This document shows positions 25,301 to 49,100 of a stretch of 64,000 nucleotides of DNA, piece by piece. Below the pieces are notes generated by a model. It saw only the letters and a program-made list of their open reading frames with translations, did not search any database and had not been told where the DNA came from. Positions within the stretch are counted from its first letter, which is position 1, and every line of letters begins with the position of its first letter. The DNA comes from Perna viridis. Lineage: Eukaryota. The translations under genes were made by a program, and so were the position numbers. The DNA lies in the NCBI GenBank assembly GCA_037379345.1, contig CM074512.1:28830001-28894000 (forward strand), written 5' to 3'.

Positions 25301-25333
25301 TATAAAAATGATTCACCCTTAGCTCTTTCCTTT
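25301..25333 (+). promoter_or_regulatory. TATA plus TCT/5'TOP initiator of the eIF4A short isoform
   Basis: TATAAAA at 25301 and CTCTTTCCTTT at 25323, 34 nt before ATG 25357. This is typical of translation-machinery genes. Confidence 0.7.
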
Positions 25334-25356
25334 ATTCGCGGTACTTCAGCGAGAAC

Positions 25357-35762
<10,406 letters not shown>

Positions 35763-36313
35763 TGAATCAAATTGAATTGTGTTTGTTGCCTGTACCAAGT
35801 ATTGTGTACGGGTGACAGTTTTCCTGCGTAATTATCGATATTTGCTGGCTACAATTTTCTCAAGGAGATTTTGTTGCATTTTGAAAGTTAACCTTGGATA
35901 TCAAATATGAAATTCTAGTATTGATTGAACTGCTAGGGACATAATTGCCCGAGAGCAATTTTACAGAACTTTTTGTGTATATTGGACTACTCAGTCATTG
36001 ATAAGTGCTGTGTATAATCTGTGCTGTTTTTCCTTTTATAAAATTGTTATTTAATTTTTTTTTTTTTTTGAAAATCAAAATTTATCTTGGTAAAATGACA
36101 GTAGGCTTGTTTGTATCCGAGATAAATTTTCTTTTTCCAAATTTTACAGATGCAATGACTAAATTGTATCTCCCTTGTATAGAGTTTTCAACTTGTTCTT
36201 TATGTTCATATCATCAGTACATGTTGTATAATGAACAAGACAGTAGGGAATGGGTCAAAATGTTGATAAATTTGGATCAAGGCTATGTGACAGTGATAAG
36301 AAGCAATAGATGT

Positions 36314-36319
36314 AATAAA
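36314..36319 (+). terminator. Probable eIF4A poly(A) signal
   Basis: AATAAA ~550 nt after the stop, followed by a T/GT-rich tract. Confidence 0.55.
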
Positions 36320-39300
36320 AAACTTTACAATTTTAATGTGTTTTCCCTTCTTATGACATGCATGTTTTTTCTGCTTTTTAGTGAAATTCTTCTATTTCAA
36401 TTCCTGATTTTACCGTTACAATCGTTTTCAGCTTTGTTGATCTCGTAAAGTCATCCCTGTTACAAGTTCAGTAATTTGAAACTCCTGTATGGTTATTCTT
36501 TAATCTGTATTTTCCTGGATTGAAGTATTTCAGCTATCTTGTAATAATCTAGACTTGAAACCTGATTTCAACTTGAGACGTGGTAGTGGTTTCAAAAATG
36601 AGTTCAATTCATAAAATATTACTCCAGCCTTAACTTTCATATGATGGTACATGCTGTCATTGTCATCATCGGTGTCCAGGCAATAACTTTATCATAAGTA
36701 TAGAAATGAAGGGCCAGGAACAAGCATGTTGTCTGGATAAGTAAATGGATATTTCCAAAATTTAATCATATAAATCAAATGAACAATAAATTTATTTCTT
36801 TCATTTCAAAATACAACACTCATTTTCCCATTTTTCAAAGGATGGGACTAAAGTAAAAAAAGCATGGCCCTTAGCTATGTTCCTAATTAATAATGAAATT
36901 CAATTAAAAAAGGCAAAAGAAGTCTAAGGGTGCCTTTGATCCTATAAGAAAAAAAAATCAAGAGATAACTGCTATGTGATTGAAAAAAGCATGCTTCATT
37001 TTGTGGGTTGGAACCTTGTAAAATTTCAATAAGAACAACCAATATTCAAGTTCTTGCACAAAAGTCTAGTGTATACAGGCGACAACAGCCCCACTAATAT
37101 ACAACTGCAATTTTTTGTGGTGTGAAAAGTTAAAACAATAATAGCATATACTATTATATTAAACCTACTTTAACAACTGCTGACATTTTGCTATCCAAAA
37201 ATCTTTTACTCTAAAATTGTTAGAGACGCTAGTGTTTCATACATGAAAGTAAAAAAAGAAAAACACCTGGGTAATAAAAAGCTTTCCCATGTGAAGTAGG
37301 ACATGACTGCAGTGATCAAACCCTGAACAGTTGGGGCAAGTGGTTTTTGATAACTTGAGCATACAGACTTGCAATTCATTATGAATATAATAAACACTAT
37401 ATTGCTTAAAATTATAAATTCCATTAAACATTTTCAAAATCAAAAAAATAAATAAGTTGATATTTTGGGATGTGGCCCGTTCGACCACTTAACACCTTAA
37501 CACCTTAACCTTAACTCTTAACACCGTAAGAGATATCTGATATCTATGCAGAATGCAGGCAGGGATTTTTCATGAAGAATCCCCCCACCCCCCAAAAGAA
37601 TAATTGAAACCGGACCAAAATAATAAAGTTTAAATTTTTTGGGCATTGCCCAACTTTGACCCCTTTATCTTGAAAAACAGTCCAAAACACATAAAATCTG
37701 CTGATGCATTTCTTTACCAGAATTAAATAAGAAATGCATTAAACAAAAAATAATTAAAATCGGAAAAAAAAAGCCCAAAAAATTTTAATAAAACACCTAT
37801 TTTTACCCATTTTCTGAAATGGTAGGGACCAAAAAGTATGAATTTAGTAGAAACCTTCCTTTAGTGGTTAGTAAAATCATATCAGAATTTCAGAACAAAT
37901 AGTCAACCACAACCTAAGTCGTCACATGGAAACGACAAATATAAAAACAAAAAATATTTTGCACTTTGTAGCATAGAGGTATCTGAAATATATCCATATC
38001 CAACCTTAGGAACTTCAGAACATTTGCATGCACATCTACATGTAAGGAACTAGAAATAAAAGCTTTGCTGGGCAAAGCATGATACGATCACAGCCAACTG
38101 AACTCTGTTCACTTGAGACAAGTTGGAACACATTAGTTTTTGAGACATTAAACAGGGACTTGCAGTTCATTATGGACACAATATTTTGAAATTTAATTCA
38201 AGTATAAAGGTCTGCTTCAGGATGCATTTGTGGATCACTTTGTACCTCATTATTTCCAGAACAGTAAATGATAGTGTTAATTTGGTAAGTATACTTCTTA
38301 AAGCTCTTGTATTTAGGCTGGGATTTTCATGTAGAATCCAATAAAAAAACAAGTACATCTTTAAAAAAAGATAGCTGATGCAGTAAAAAATAGTTCTTTT
38401 TACTTATAACTTTCTACATTTCATTCAGGAAATAACACATGACACTTTCAATTTTTGATACAGTTTTTCAAACACCACTAAGTTATCAGTATCTGGTCAA
38501 TCTGGAAACACAATTGTGATAGGTGACTTGCACTTCCATGGAAGAGCGTCTTTAAGGTCAAAGGGTAAAAAGTGAAACTATACCGAAATTCAAAATCGCA
38601 CCAAAATTAAAAAAAAGATGATTTTTTAGGGTGTGGTCCCTCTGGTCCCTTTTAATTCTAAGACTAAAAAATATCTGAAAACTGATTGTAATTGTAAAAT
38701 GCAGGCAAGGATTTTCAGGAAGAATTTTAATAAAAAAAAAAGATAAATTCAAAATCAGACCAGATACTGTCAAGCTTTCTTCAAGCAATCAGAAAAAAAT
38801 ATTGTTTTTGCTTCATATATGATCCCTTACTCTTTCTTTGCTCAAGTCACAACCCCAAAAATCAATCCCAGTCTTCTTTTCATGGTATGGCACCTTGTAA
38901 TACAATTTCAAAAAGATTCATTCACCAATAGTCAAGTCATTGTCTGGACATCAGGATAATGCATTTTTCTACCCCCTTTTGGCCCCAAAATACCCCAAAT
39001 ATCAATCAAAGTGTGACCATTGCGATATACAATATTGTGGAACAAGATCACTGACATTCCTATGCTTTTATTGGAATTATGTAGTTAAATTCCATGAAGT
39101 GATTGTTTTGAGCCCCTCCATTCTAAGACAGTTGGAATTACCCGGGATAACTGATCACAAATTTTTATTCGTTTATGTGGACTGATGAAAAACTCCAAAC
39201 CATGGGGTACAATAAAAGAAAGCAAGAACTTCCTGGAAGTTTTTTTTAATTATTTTTATGACAATTGAAAGAACAATATTAATGGGTCTACATAATATTA

Positions 39301-39915
39301 ATAAAAAAATCACAGTTTGAACCAAGACAAATGCATAAATTTGAACTGTGTGAAAATCAAAATCATGTAGAAAAATTTTAAAGCATAAAATATATTAACA
39401 CTAAGGTTCAACAACTATAGTACAATGAAAACAAATGTGCCTGTCAAATTATAGTCCTTTCTTGCAGTTCTTCCTGGGTAAAATGTTGTATATGTGTTAT
39501 CTTTTGACAGATAAACTGTAAAAAGAACCATGAGTATCATATTTAAAAAAAATAATAATAATTAGATGGGAATGTACAGTACATCACCTTTTTTTACAAA
39601 TTACATTTTAACTTCAAATTCCTTGAACCAAGAATGATTGTAAATCATTCAAACTTCAAATTTTCAATCAAATTATAAATCCCTAAAATTCATTCAAATT
39701 TTTTCAACAGTTTTCCAGTAAAAGATTGGCACTGGATACAATAAATATAAATTCCCAAGGTATGATAGTACTTCAGAAATAACACCTTTCAACCTGAATA
39801 GCATTTGAAATGAACCTTTTTCATATCAATGTATATATTATAACTAGTAATTGCCATTTAACAAACTTCATATGACTAAATGATCCCCTACACCAAGAAA
39901 CCAGCTACATGTTTT

Positions 39916-40125
39916 ACTGTGAAAGTACATGTACTTTAATTCCTGGATACCTATTTTCGTGGATCAGGGAAGAAACAAAAGTCCATGAATTATTAAATTC
40001 GTGGTTTTAATGTTTTTTGTATACACATCAATGGGAATCTCTTATTTATTGGGAACCAATTTTTGTGGTTTAGTCTACCCATGAAAACAGGAAAATTGGT
40101 ACCCCACAAACAATAGTACTTTCAG
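39916..40125. mobile_element. Short MITE (actgtgaaagtac...gtactttcagt); related copy at ~58421-58609
   Basis: Inverted termini with internal ttttcgtgg/tttcatgg subrepeats. Confidence 0.55.
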
Positions 40126-43100
40126 TTTTCTCTGGCCTATCACCCAGTATGATTGACAACCCACTTTTCCTAAGCTGGATCAGCCAACTGTACCACAATT
40201 TGTTATCTTTTAGCATATATAATCACTTCTAAAAATTGTAAGGTGCTCTCCCATTATTGAATAGTCATTCAAAATCAAATGCTTCATGGATGCAGCTTGA
40301 TACAGCCTCTGGTGTTAACACCCTGAACATTTGGAAAAGTATGAACATTACATATCAATTCGACGTATTTCTCGATTTCATAAAAGATAAAAGACCTTAT
40401 AGTAAGAGTATGTATTACTTAACAGACATTAAGCTTGTAAGATAATATCGCTTCACATATGTGCTACTTTTTATTTTATATAGAATGATTCTGAATATAA
40501 ACACTGCCAAAAAAGCGCTAATATGAAATGAAATAATCCTTAAAGAATAAGAGGTCAGCCATACCCTTTTCAGCCCCTTTAAGTGCATAACCCAGATTCA
40601 TTGTTTAAAATTTCATATAGGCCAAATCTATATTAAAACTTCATAAGAAACACCATTAAAGTATTGTAGCCCAACAAAATTATTAAACCTTCCATGCCAA
40701 ATTGAAAATAAGGGTAACAACAAAATTACACAGCAATTGTCCAATTCAGAAATAAATTCCGAAGTAGATATTACACCACTGAAATAGCTTGTACCGCAAT
40801 ACAGGCATTTCAAACAAAATGGTGAGTTAAATCAAGGTTTTACAGATTGAGTTATTTCCCTTTGCACTTAAGGAAATTGAAAGATTCTTGGCCCATTATT
40901 TCTATATCAATCAAAATCAGAAACTTTCACTTGCCATAAGGTGCCTTAAGTTCTCACTGTAACTCTAGTTATAGTAAAAAAAATCAAATGTTGACAATTA
41001 TACAGGTTTTAAAGCAAAGGACCCTCTAAAAAAACCAAAACCCTTTTGGCTACTAATTACTCAATAATTCTGGTCATTTTGTAGTGATGAACCTGGTATT
41101 AAAATTGAATTTAAAATCAACTCAATTCATCATGCCAATACCAGTGTTTCAAGACAATGACAGCACCATAACATCATACTACTGCAAACATTTTGCAGGC
41201 ATGTCATAAAAAACATAAAAATATTGATGGAAAAAGAAATGAAACTGGGATTATTCCAAAAAAAGAAACATTGTTCTGTATCATAAAGTACTAAGTATTA
41301 AATATTGTACAAAATTTGATAAGTTCTTTCAATACATATAAAGTTGTTATATGGAAATCACTAAAAATCCTATGATCAGTTCTCATGAGGATCCACTGGG
41401 GACAAACAGACATATACTGGTCAGTTACCAGAGGGTTTCACAGAATACCATGCTATTTCATATGACTAGGAATAAAAATGAATTTAACAGTATTTTCACC
41501 ACAAAAAAATAACACAGTGCCATAAATAAAAGAAAGTTAATTTTGTTACTAAAGATACCTAGTCTTCCAAGTGAAGAGCAAGAGCCATAATTCTAGAACA
41601 GTTTAAATTTCACCTGCATTTTTGATTTCTAATTATTGAAGAGTTATGGTTAATTGGTGCTTTTATCATCACTCTCAATCCTGAACAAAATAAAAATCCT
41701 AAATTTAAACTGAAAAAAGGATGCAACTCCAGAACAGTAAAATCAAGAAACTTTCCCATAGACTAATTAATAAATGTTCAAAATGGTTTAGTTGAGTGGT
41801 TCTATTATTAACATGAGGATCACTACTGATATATATCCCTGACTCATGGCTCAAAGATATGATAATTGTTTGTTTGATGGTAATTAAGAAGCTATTTTCA
41901 TTACAATACATATACAAACAAAAGAACTGCTAAAAAAAAAATAAAATTTGAATTTTTAAACACTGGTGTATTCAAAGTGTTAAGAAAAAATTCTGAACAG
42001 AAGACTAAACACAATGAAGCTAGCCAGACAAATTCTCTGTATAATCTATAAAAATTCAACAAGGATAATATAACTTTGTTCTCAATGAAAAATAAATTGT
42101 ATGGAAAGACATAGGTAAACAGAACACTTATTTACAAACATTGGGGACAGATTAAACAGGAGATAGTTCAGTGGTTTTAGTTATAGCACTTGAGGCACTT
42201 AGTTTTAAGTTGTGTCCCATGGTTGGATAACGGGTATTCATGGTGACAAGGCACAAAGGTAAGGACCTCAAAATTTTAAATTCACGCAGATCCTCGATTA
42301 GAACGAAGAGTGTTAAAAGTTTGTATATGGATTGCTGTTACCTGCAAGGCATAGGATCCTATCATATTTAAAGTACATTGTATTGACTGAAAATGTAAAA
42401 GTTTGAGAGTGGTAGGCCAAATCTTTAGTGCCATTATCAACATCAATATAATACACAAAAGGTAATGATAAATAAAGAGTACTGTGTAAAGAAAAAACCA
42501 CTGAAGTAACTCATGGTTGAAGACTTAAATACAGTACAAAAATACACAATAACTGACAACAACGCACATTAATGTCAAAAAACAGACAAATCTACACAAA
42601 TGAGGTAAATTGTTCAAAAATTAGGAATTTTTTCTACCACTAATAGAAACTTTACAATACAAAGATATGAAATATTCATATTTACTAATAGAGCACAAGT
42701 CATCATAACAATTGGATAAATCTTCAATGATCTACAATATGGGATTCAAGTATTATATAAAAACATTTTAACAGCAAGTAAAAGCAGCATACAAAAATCA
42801 CACTCATGCTATTCCAAGAAAAAAGTAGGCAAAGGAGATTGAAAAGCACTTGGCATACTTTTTGATGGATGGTGGGGTACATGATTACCTTTGAAATTTC
42901 AAACTTTTGCTACCAATTGACTTGAAGATGACAAATCAAGGGATTGATAATTGAAAGTCTTCTTTGTCAATACTACACAAACTATAACATATGCCAAGAC
43001 AATGACACTACAAAACTGCATGTTATTTACTAATTCTATATCACTATGTATGTTAACTGTACCATCATGTGACTCAATTTTTATAGTATAAAATTAGTGT

Positions 43101-46100
43101 ACGATTGAACGGAAGAAAAACCAAAACTCTTTACACCCAATGTATGTATCTTGATAAACATTGATGCTTGTCACAAATTTACTCTAAGTTTCTTTACAAA
43201 TTTGAATATAAATTAAAAAAGGCAACTCTATTGAGAGAATATAAGCATTTCACTCCTTAAAGAAAGCACCTGAAATCCCCAATATGTCAATTAAGAGTTT
43301 GTATTACAGTGATATGCATTGTAGGTTGGGGTAGATCAATACTTAAAAAATTAAATATGACTCCTGCAAACTTTTGATCCAGATACACACTGTGCCCCAT
43401 GACTGTAGTTCTACAAGATCTAATTCTTCCAAACTCTTGGCATCATGGTCCTTTTATCTAATTTAATAATAGAGTGTTAATATGACATTGGCAGTATTTG
43501 AATAAAATCTGATGAAACTTTTCAAAGTGGTTCATTTACAGATCTTAAAATGAATTCTAACCAGTTTCCACACAGTAAAAAGCAACTTCACTCCCATATA
43601 AACATGAAACAATTTATCTAGCTCAAGTCATATATTTGTGCCTAAGACAAGGAAAAATTATCATTAAAGCTCAAAATTATGGTTCTTAATGAACTGACTT
43701 AGCAAATCAAGTGCCTACGAATTCAAGTCACAACAAGATTTTCATTATGTAGAGCATTACAAAGCAAATTGATTTTTTAAGACAAAGTTCTTTGAAAATG
43801 TGCAGATCTAAAGACACTATGCTTTTTATTTTATTATATTTACATTTCACTAGGAAAAAAAGTAAATTTGTATAATGTGTACTGAAAAATGATCATGGCT
43901 ATCTTAGACCTTATAAACCTAAATCCTACAAACATCAAACAAAACAGAACAAAAATAATAATAATTAAGGATGTCAACTTGGTGAGCTTACGAGTCTATA
44001 TCAGTATTTGGCAGGTGGTGATATACAAAAATATTTTTGTGACACTTTATTAGTGAAATGCATTCAACCTAACAACAAATAACTCATAATTTATATCACT
44101 GTGTTGTGTAGAGAGACTGAACAATGATTGGAAATTTTATCAATTACCAAAGATAATTGGTACATCACTGATATAGTGTGGTGTAGAGAGACAATATGTG
44201 ACTGGATATACAGGACTGAAAAATGTTTAAAAATTTTGGTAAGTCCAGATAATTAAATTGTTCATCATCATCCTGCACAAGTACTATAATGTGTATAAGA
44301 ATTATGTCTGAGGTTTATTGATATATTTCAGCAATAAAATGTTTGGCAGTTTTTTTATGTATCCTCACTGCTTTGATTCTTACATGGATCTGTACTTATA
44401 TACAATGCAGAAATCATTGTGTGCACTAATGATTGTGATATTGTAATTTAAGACATAAATGTGATTTTATTTTTTGTAATTTGATAAAAATCATGCATCA
44501 ATACTGTATAAAATTCCATAATGCAAGGTCTTACTATTGCCAAATTGAAATCAGTCACATTTTTTGCAACAATAAAAACAATGCAATAATTTCTAAATTA
44601 ACAGTTCTCAGTCCTGCAATAATTCCTTAGCCAATCATCTCTCTTTTAATTTTTCCTGAAACTCGAGATGTTTCTGAAGGAAACCAATGGAATGAAAATA
44701 AATAAATGTGGTCTGTATCCTATAGAACACCGATTAGTTTGATACTTGGTGCCACAGAGAAATAATTGAGTACTTGTTGACGTCCCAAATTATACATATA
44801 AATATTCATAGTCCAATAGGTAATAACTTGCTAAATCAAACAAAAATTAGTCTTTTTTATCAACTAAGGAAAAATAATCTTTGTGTACCAATTTATAAAA
44901 ATAGAAATAAAAAATAAATAAGTTATATTTTACAAAGTAAAGATATTTACACGATAAAAATGTTAATCTTTGGCCTTTAAATGACCAGACTAAAAACACT
45001 ACTCTACAAAAATAAAATGAGATCATAAAAAGGTACTATTTGTAGGATAATAACACAAAACTAAAGGTCATTATCTTAAGACAGTCCTTTTTTCAAACAG
45101 CAACCAGAAAAATACTGCATACCAGTTAGAACCTATCTAATTGAGTGAACAGATCATAGGAAATCAAATAAAAGAGAAAAAAAAACTAAAAACATTCAGA
45201 AATATAGTTTGTGAAACTATAATAAAAGTAATAGAGGTAATTAACAATTAATGAAGATGTTGTATTAGGATATCATGATAACTAAAAATATAATAGGTTT
45301 TTAAAAATGAACCAAACCTGATTTGCTGAGTACACATATTATGTACATAACTATTGTTAGTCTTAAAATAAACTTCAGCACTGAGGATAAGCAAGTACAA
45401 ATAAATATTTCTCAAAAACATACAAAAAACAACAAGACTTTGGTCCCAACTCTCAATAGCAACTATTCATTATTACAGTTACAGTGAAAAAGTAGAAAAC
45501 TGCATTTGAAAAAAAACCGTAGACAAACAATGGACGAAATTCATAAACAACACATGTTAGTTTAAAGCATTTGTTATAAATGCTGATGTCTGAACAATGC
45601 TGAGGAAACCCCTTGAATCTCCAAATCCAATGATGTACTTTCTGTATAAATGAACAGATAATACATTTCTTCAACCATTTTAGTATAAAATTCTAATAAC
45701 TTTAGACGTATTTTTATCATTAACAGTTTAAATTTTTCAAAATCTATAATAAAATAATGGTATACCATTCGTATTTCTAACAAAGAACTATACCACATCC
45801 TCCCTTTTTGAGAAAAAAAAATTATAACGGCTTCAACCCCAACCCCACACAAATTTATCAGAAATTACTCATAAAATGTTTATATCAAATATAATTTTTA
45901 TAGGTATTTTTTTTTTAATAAAAGAATAGAGCTTTACTGTCAAGAAAAAATGACTAGCAGTTTACAACAATGGCCTTCTTCAGACATGTTATAGATAGGT
46001 GTCAGTTCATGAAGTGATGATGTGAGACTGGCCATTTGATACAAGTCCCAATGATAGAATGACATGGATTACTGACTTAAACCATCAATACATGACTAAC

Positions 46101-46126
46101 TACATTTCACTACCAAACTTCCTTTG

Positions 46127-49100
46127 TCATGAAGATTTCTCCAAAGCTGCCATACGATTATTTAGTTCTTTAATCCCATGCTGAATTCTCTTTAAATGAC
46201 CTACTTTGTGTACACCCAAGTCCTAAAATAAATGAAATATTATTCCTTTATCTCATTCCATATAAAATATTAGGTCAGCCTAAAAAATCTTCAGAAAATT
46301 CTTAAATCTCGTTTCTAGTACCATCTGCAAGCAGTACATTTCCATATTTTCAGGGCATAACCCTTTTTTTAACGATAAACTTGTTCATTTGGAAAGTGAA
46401 GGGGCAACTTAAATAAAACTAGAGGCTCAAGAGAGCCTGAATCGCTCACCTGGTTAACCAGTTGCTTATTTGAAAAACTTGAGGAATGAGACAGGCTAAG
46501 TTAAAATCAACTAAATTGTCAACTGCAGGAAATGCTTTTCATTTTCATGACCTGAACCAGACATTTGCTAAAGGCAACAATTTTTGAATTTTTTTCAAAA
46601 ACCTGTCTTATGACCCCTAAGTTCCATTTTTAGTATAGGCAGCCATATCTATTCACGGATTAAAAATCACAACAGTCATTTTGAGCACAACACAATAAAG
46701 AACTATTATGCTTATTTTCATTCAATTATCTTAAATGATTTTAGAGAAGATTTTTAAAGTTGTACATGTGGAAAAAAAAAACAACAAAAAAACTGTTTCA
46801 GGGGTCGTAACTCCTACATCAGTCGAAATGATATACTTTTTTGTAGTTCATTGTACTACGACTGTGTATTTTCTACAGGTATACCATTTTTATTTCATTT
46901 TCTTTCTGATGTTAAGTATTTTTTTCATTTTTTCCTGTTCATTCATCTAGAATTATCTGCTGATCATTTACCATTCACTATTCATAGTTAAATGAAATGT
47001 TTATACATACTTGAATATCCCCTTTGTCCAGTGATAAGAGTTCTAAGCCCCTGATTTCATGCCCTATGAAGTAGTCTCTATATTCTCCAAGAGATAATGA
47101 CTCTAACCATAAACCAACATCTTCTGGTGTCCAAGTATATACATTATAAGCTGAAAATTATAAAGCAAATGCAGAACCTTCCAGATTATTAATGATAATT
47201 GGTTCTGTACTTCTAACTCAATAAGTATTACCATTTTTGAGTAATTGTATAAGGTGCTGACAGACTGACAGTCATAAAACATTCATTTGGCATATGAAAA
47301 ATGTTGCACATATACACTAACCTTTGAGGTCCTCCTCGAATTATAGAAGTCTGTTGTAAAACCAGTCAACTGACATAAATTTCCACTTAAGTATGAGACT
47401 CCTGTTAACCTAACTCAGTGAATATCAATAACTGAAAAGTGGGTTTTCGGCAAATCATATGAATAAAACCATGTATTTTTCCATTATCCTTTAAATAATT
47501 GTATGCAAATCTACATACTGTTGTATGTGCTTCTTTTGTGTAATGTTTCATCACAACAAAATGGTTTGGACTGTTGCATTATACCATACATGATACATGA
47601 ATGATTTTTCCTTCATTGTTTTGCTTATACTTACAAATTGGAATGTTGACTTTACTATCTTTATCTTTACCTTTGCCTTTTAACTTGTTATAGACATGTT
47701 TTAACCTACCCGGCTTACTTCTTTTACTGTTTTCAGTTGTCGGAATAAGGGGCTGAAATTATACAAAACCAGATATACTACAAATATATTTATATGTATG
47801 TATTTTTAATTTGATCCTCTATACTACAAAACCCTTAATTTATTCTATGTAGAGGAATGATCCTCCGAGAGGAAGCTATATTTTTATATAGCCTGGATGG
47901 ACGAGTGGTCAGAGGCACTGGACTTAGTGCAGATGGTTTTACTAGAGATGTCACAATGGCACAAGATTAAGTCCTACATGGGGAACAACCATAAATAGTT
48001 AGACGAAATAAATTCAGCAGACTGATACTTCTTTTAATACAATTTTAAGTTTCAAAACAGCTCTCCTAACAGAAATCAACCCTCTAAAACTGCAAACTGT
48101 CAGATTTCTCTTCCGAATACCAGAGAGGCTAAAAAAATGGTCATGATCCATCTTTACAAAATTCAAACTCAGGTGACCATAATTACTATACAGTGAAATT
48201 CACTGAAGTGTAAAGATGTGTCTAACCTCAGAGTAAAGGCGTGTGAAATATGGTGTTCAACCTTAGGGTGAAAGTATGTCACTAATCAAAAATAACAATG
48301 TCTTATAAGGAAGTAAAGTGCGTCTAGCCTGAATTGAAAGATGTGTCTAACCTATATGCTAAGATGTGTGTTACCAATACATAAAGGTCTGTCAAACCAG
48401 TGTTAGAAGGTGTATCCAACATCTGTGTAAAAGTGTGTGCAATTGGAGTGTGAAGATGAATATAACCTGAGTGTGAAGGTGAGTCCAACCTGAGTGTGAA
48501 GGTATGCAAAACCTGTGTGTAGAGGTGTCTCATCTGGGTATGAATATGTGTCTACAAATGATCCAAAAGATAACCTTTTACTGAAAGAGAGGGTGTTTCT
48601 ACAGTTGACCCAAATACTAACTTTAATCTCGAAAATGTAGGTGTTTCAACAATTTACTTCCCATGTCAGGAGAGTTAGATAGCATCTATTATTGACCTAA
48701 TACCTACCTCATCCTGAGAGTTATGTTGTGCAGGTGCTGTATGGAATGGAAGGTTACAAATCTGACACATCTTCTGTAATTCTAAATCTAACTGTCCCAG
48801 ACACATACTAAGCTGGTCCATTACATCAGAATCTAATCTCTAGAACACATCAAAAACAATCATGTACCTTTTGTTTACTAACATTTTCAAATTAATACTT
48901 AGTTCACTTTAATTCTTGCTATTCATGACAGAAAGACTAAATTATACCATATTTATAATTATTTGAATGAAAAATATGCATTATTACATATGGGTTACAT
49001 GTTCATGTAAAAGTAATTTTGTGGAATACAAATTTTTCAAATACTCTGAAAGATAAAAAAATTGATATGAAAGTGGTTTTAAATATCTACACTTTCTCAC

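Noticed and set aside
36005-36448. 147-aa ORF, and similar F/L/I-rich ORFs throughout the track
   Set aside because: Products of T-rich UTR or intron sequence, often with non-ATG starts. No motifs or splice support.
45974-46014. SECIS element downstream of the DGK UGA (minus strand cuucAUGAA...UGAAgaag)
   Set aside because: Only ~23 nt between the core halves, a short helix II and a misplaced AA. The geometry does not fit a SECIS, so selenocysteine decoding is unsupported.
47891-47990. tRNA gene
   Set aside because: A-box only; no acceptor or T stem and no intact B-box. Better explained as a SINE relic.
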